A stretch of 46,927 nucleotides of DNA from contig JAHBMJ010000511.1 of assembly GCA_018398765.1 (NCBI GenBank), forward strand, positions 1 through 46,927, written 5' to 3'. This DNA comes from Chromera velia. Its lineage: Eukaryota. Positions 46,532-46,927 of the stretch are shown here, in pieces (positions within the stretch are counted from its first letter, which is position 1; each line of letters starts with the position of its first letter). The position numbers and the translations under genes are program-made. The notes under the pieces were generated by a model, which saw only the letters and a program-made list of their open reading frames with translations, had not been told where the DNA came from and did no database searches.

Positions 46532-46927
46532 ATGAAACCAGAAGAGATCACGTCTCTTCTTAGTGTTTTGGACTTTGTCCGAAACACTCCGCCTACTGAA
46601 CTTTTTGATACTCTATGCAAATGGATGCTCCTATCCACCATAAAGACTTGCGATTGCGGAAAAGACTTCAAGACATGGAAAGAAATCCGGGAGGGGGTTT
46701 CTGATTTGCAGAGTCTCTTGAACCGGAACCAAGGCAAATGTACCTGCAGGTCAACAAGGTATGGAGGAGATGCAGGAACTGTCCTCGACAAACGTATTTC
46801 GCAGCTCAGTTTCCCAGCAAAAATCTGTCTCCTCTGGACCTTTGCTGAGACCATCCCCCCCAAGCAGGCCTGGGCGCTCCTGTATACAAAAGGACTGAAA
46901 GAATTTGAATTCTCTAAAAAACAAGTG
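46532..46927 (+). CDS. Putative Merlin/IS1595(ISXO2)-like transposase N-terminus (3'-partial)
   Basis: Stop-free frame from ATG 46532 to the window end, absent from the ORF track. WMLLSTIKTCDCG...GKCTCRS...GTVLD...QLSFPAKICLLWTFA..IPPKQA...FSKKQV matches the zinc-ribbon, GT.F..L and HTH layout of this family. The DDE core is not in the window. Confidence 0.6.
   Translation, partial: MKPEEITSLLSVLDFVRNTPPTELFDTLCKWMLLSTIKTCDCGKDFKTWKEIREGVSDLQSLLNRNQGKCTCRSTRYGGDAGTVLDKRISQLSFPAKICLLWTFAETIPPKQAWALLYTKGLKEFEFSKKQV

Overview
Eukaryotic, intron-rich, microsatellite-rich draft-assembly DNA. Gene style suggests a chromerid/apicomplexan-related alveolate such as Chromera, but this is an inference. 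(1) 1-10183 (+) is the 3' end of a spliced modular type I PKS/FAS: KS-AT-DH-(ER fragment/assembly gap)-KR-ACP-thioester reductase. Manual splicing shows it continues in frame into a C-terminal sulfotransferase-fold domain whose PAPS-binding motifs are degenerate. (2) ~10.2-29 kb is gene-poor and holds transposon relics: a 208-bp MITE with an 8-bp TSD, a ~0.9-kb hAT-like element inserted into a decayed gene, a 39-bp inverted repeat and 57-bp direct repeats. It also holds a TTAA-bounded piggyBac-like ~1.1-kb unit carrying an HNH-nuclease reading frame broken only by TAA/TAG codons, next to a tRNA-like 3' half. (3) 29.1-40.4 kb is a head-to-head pair of multi-exon orphan membrane-protein genes. 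(4) The right end has GGTTAC-rich terminal-type repeats and the 5' part of an ORF resembling a Merlin/IS1595-family transposase. All exon boundaries and family calls were made by eye, without database searches.
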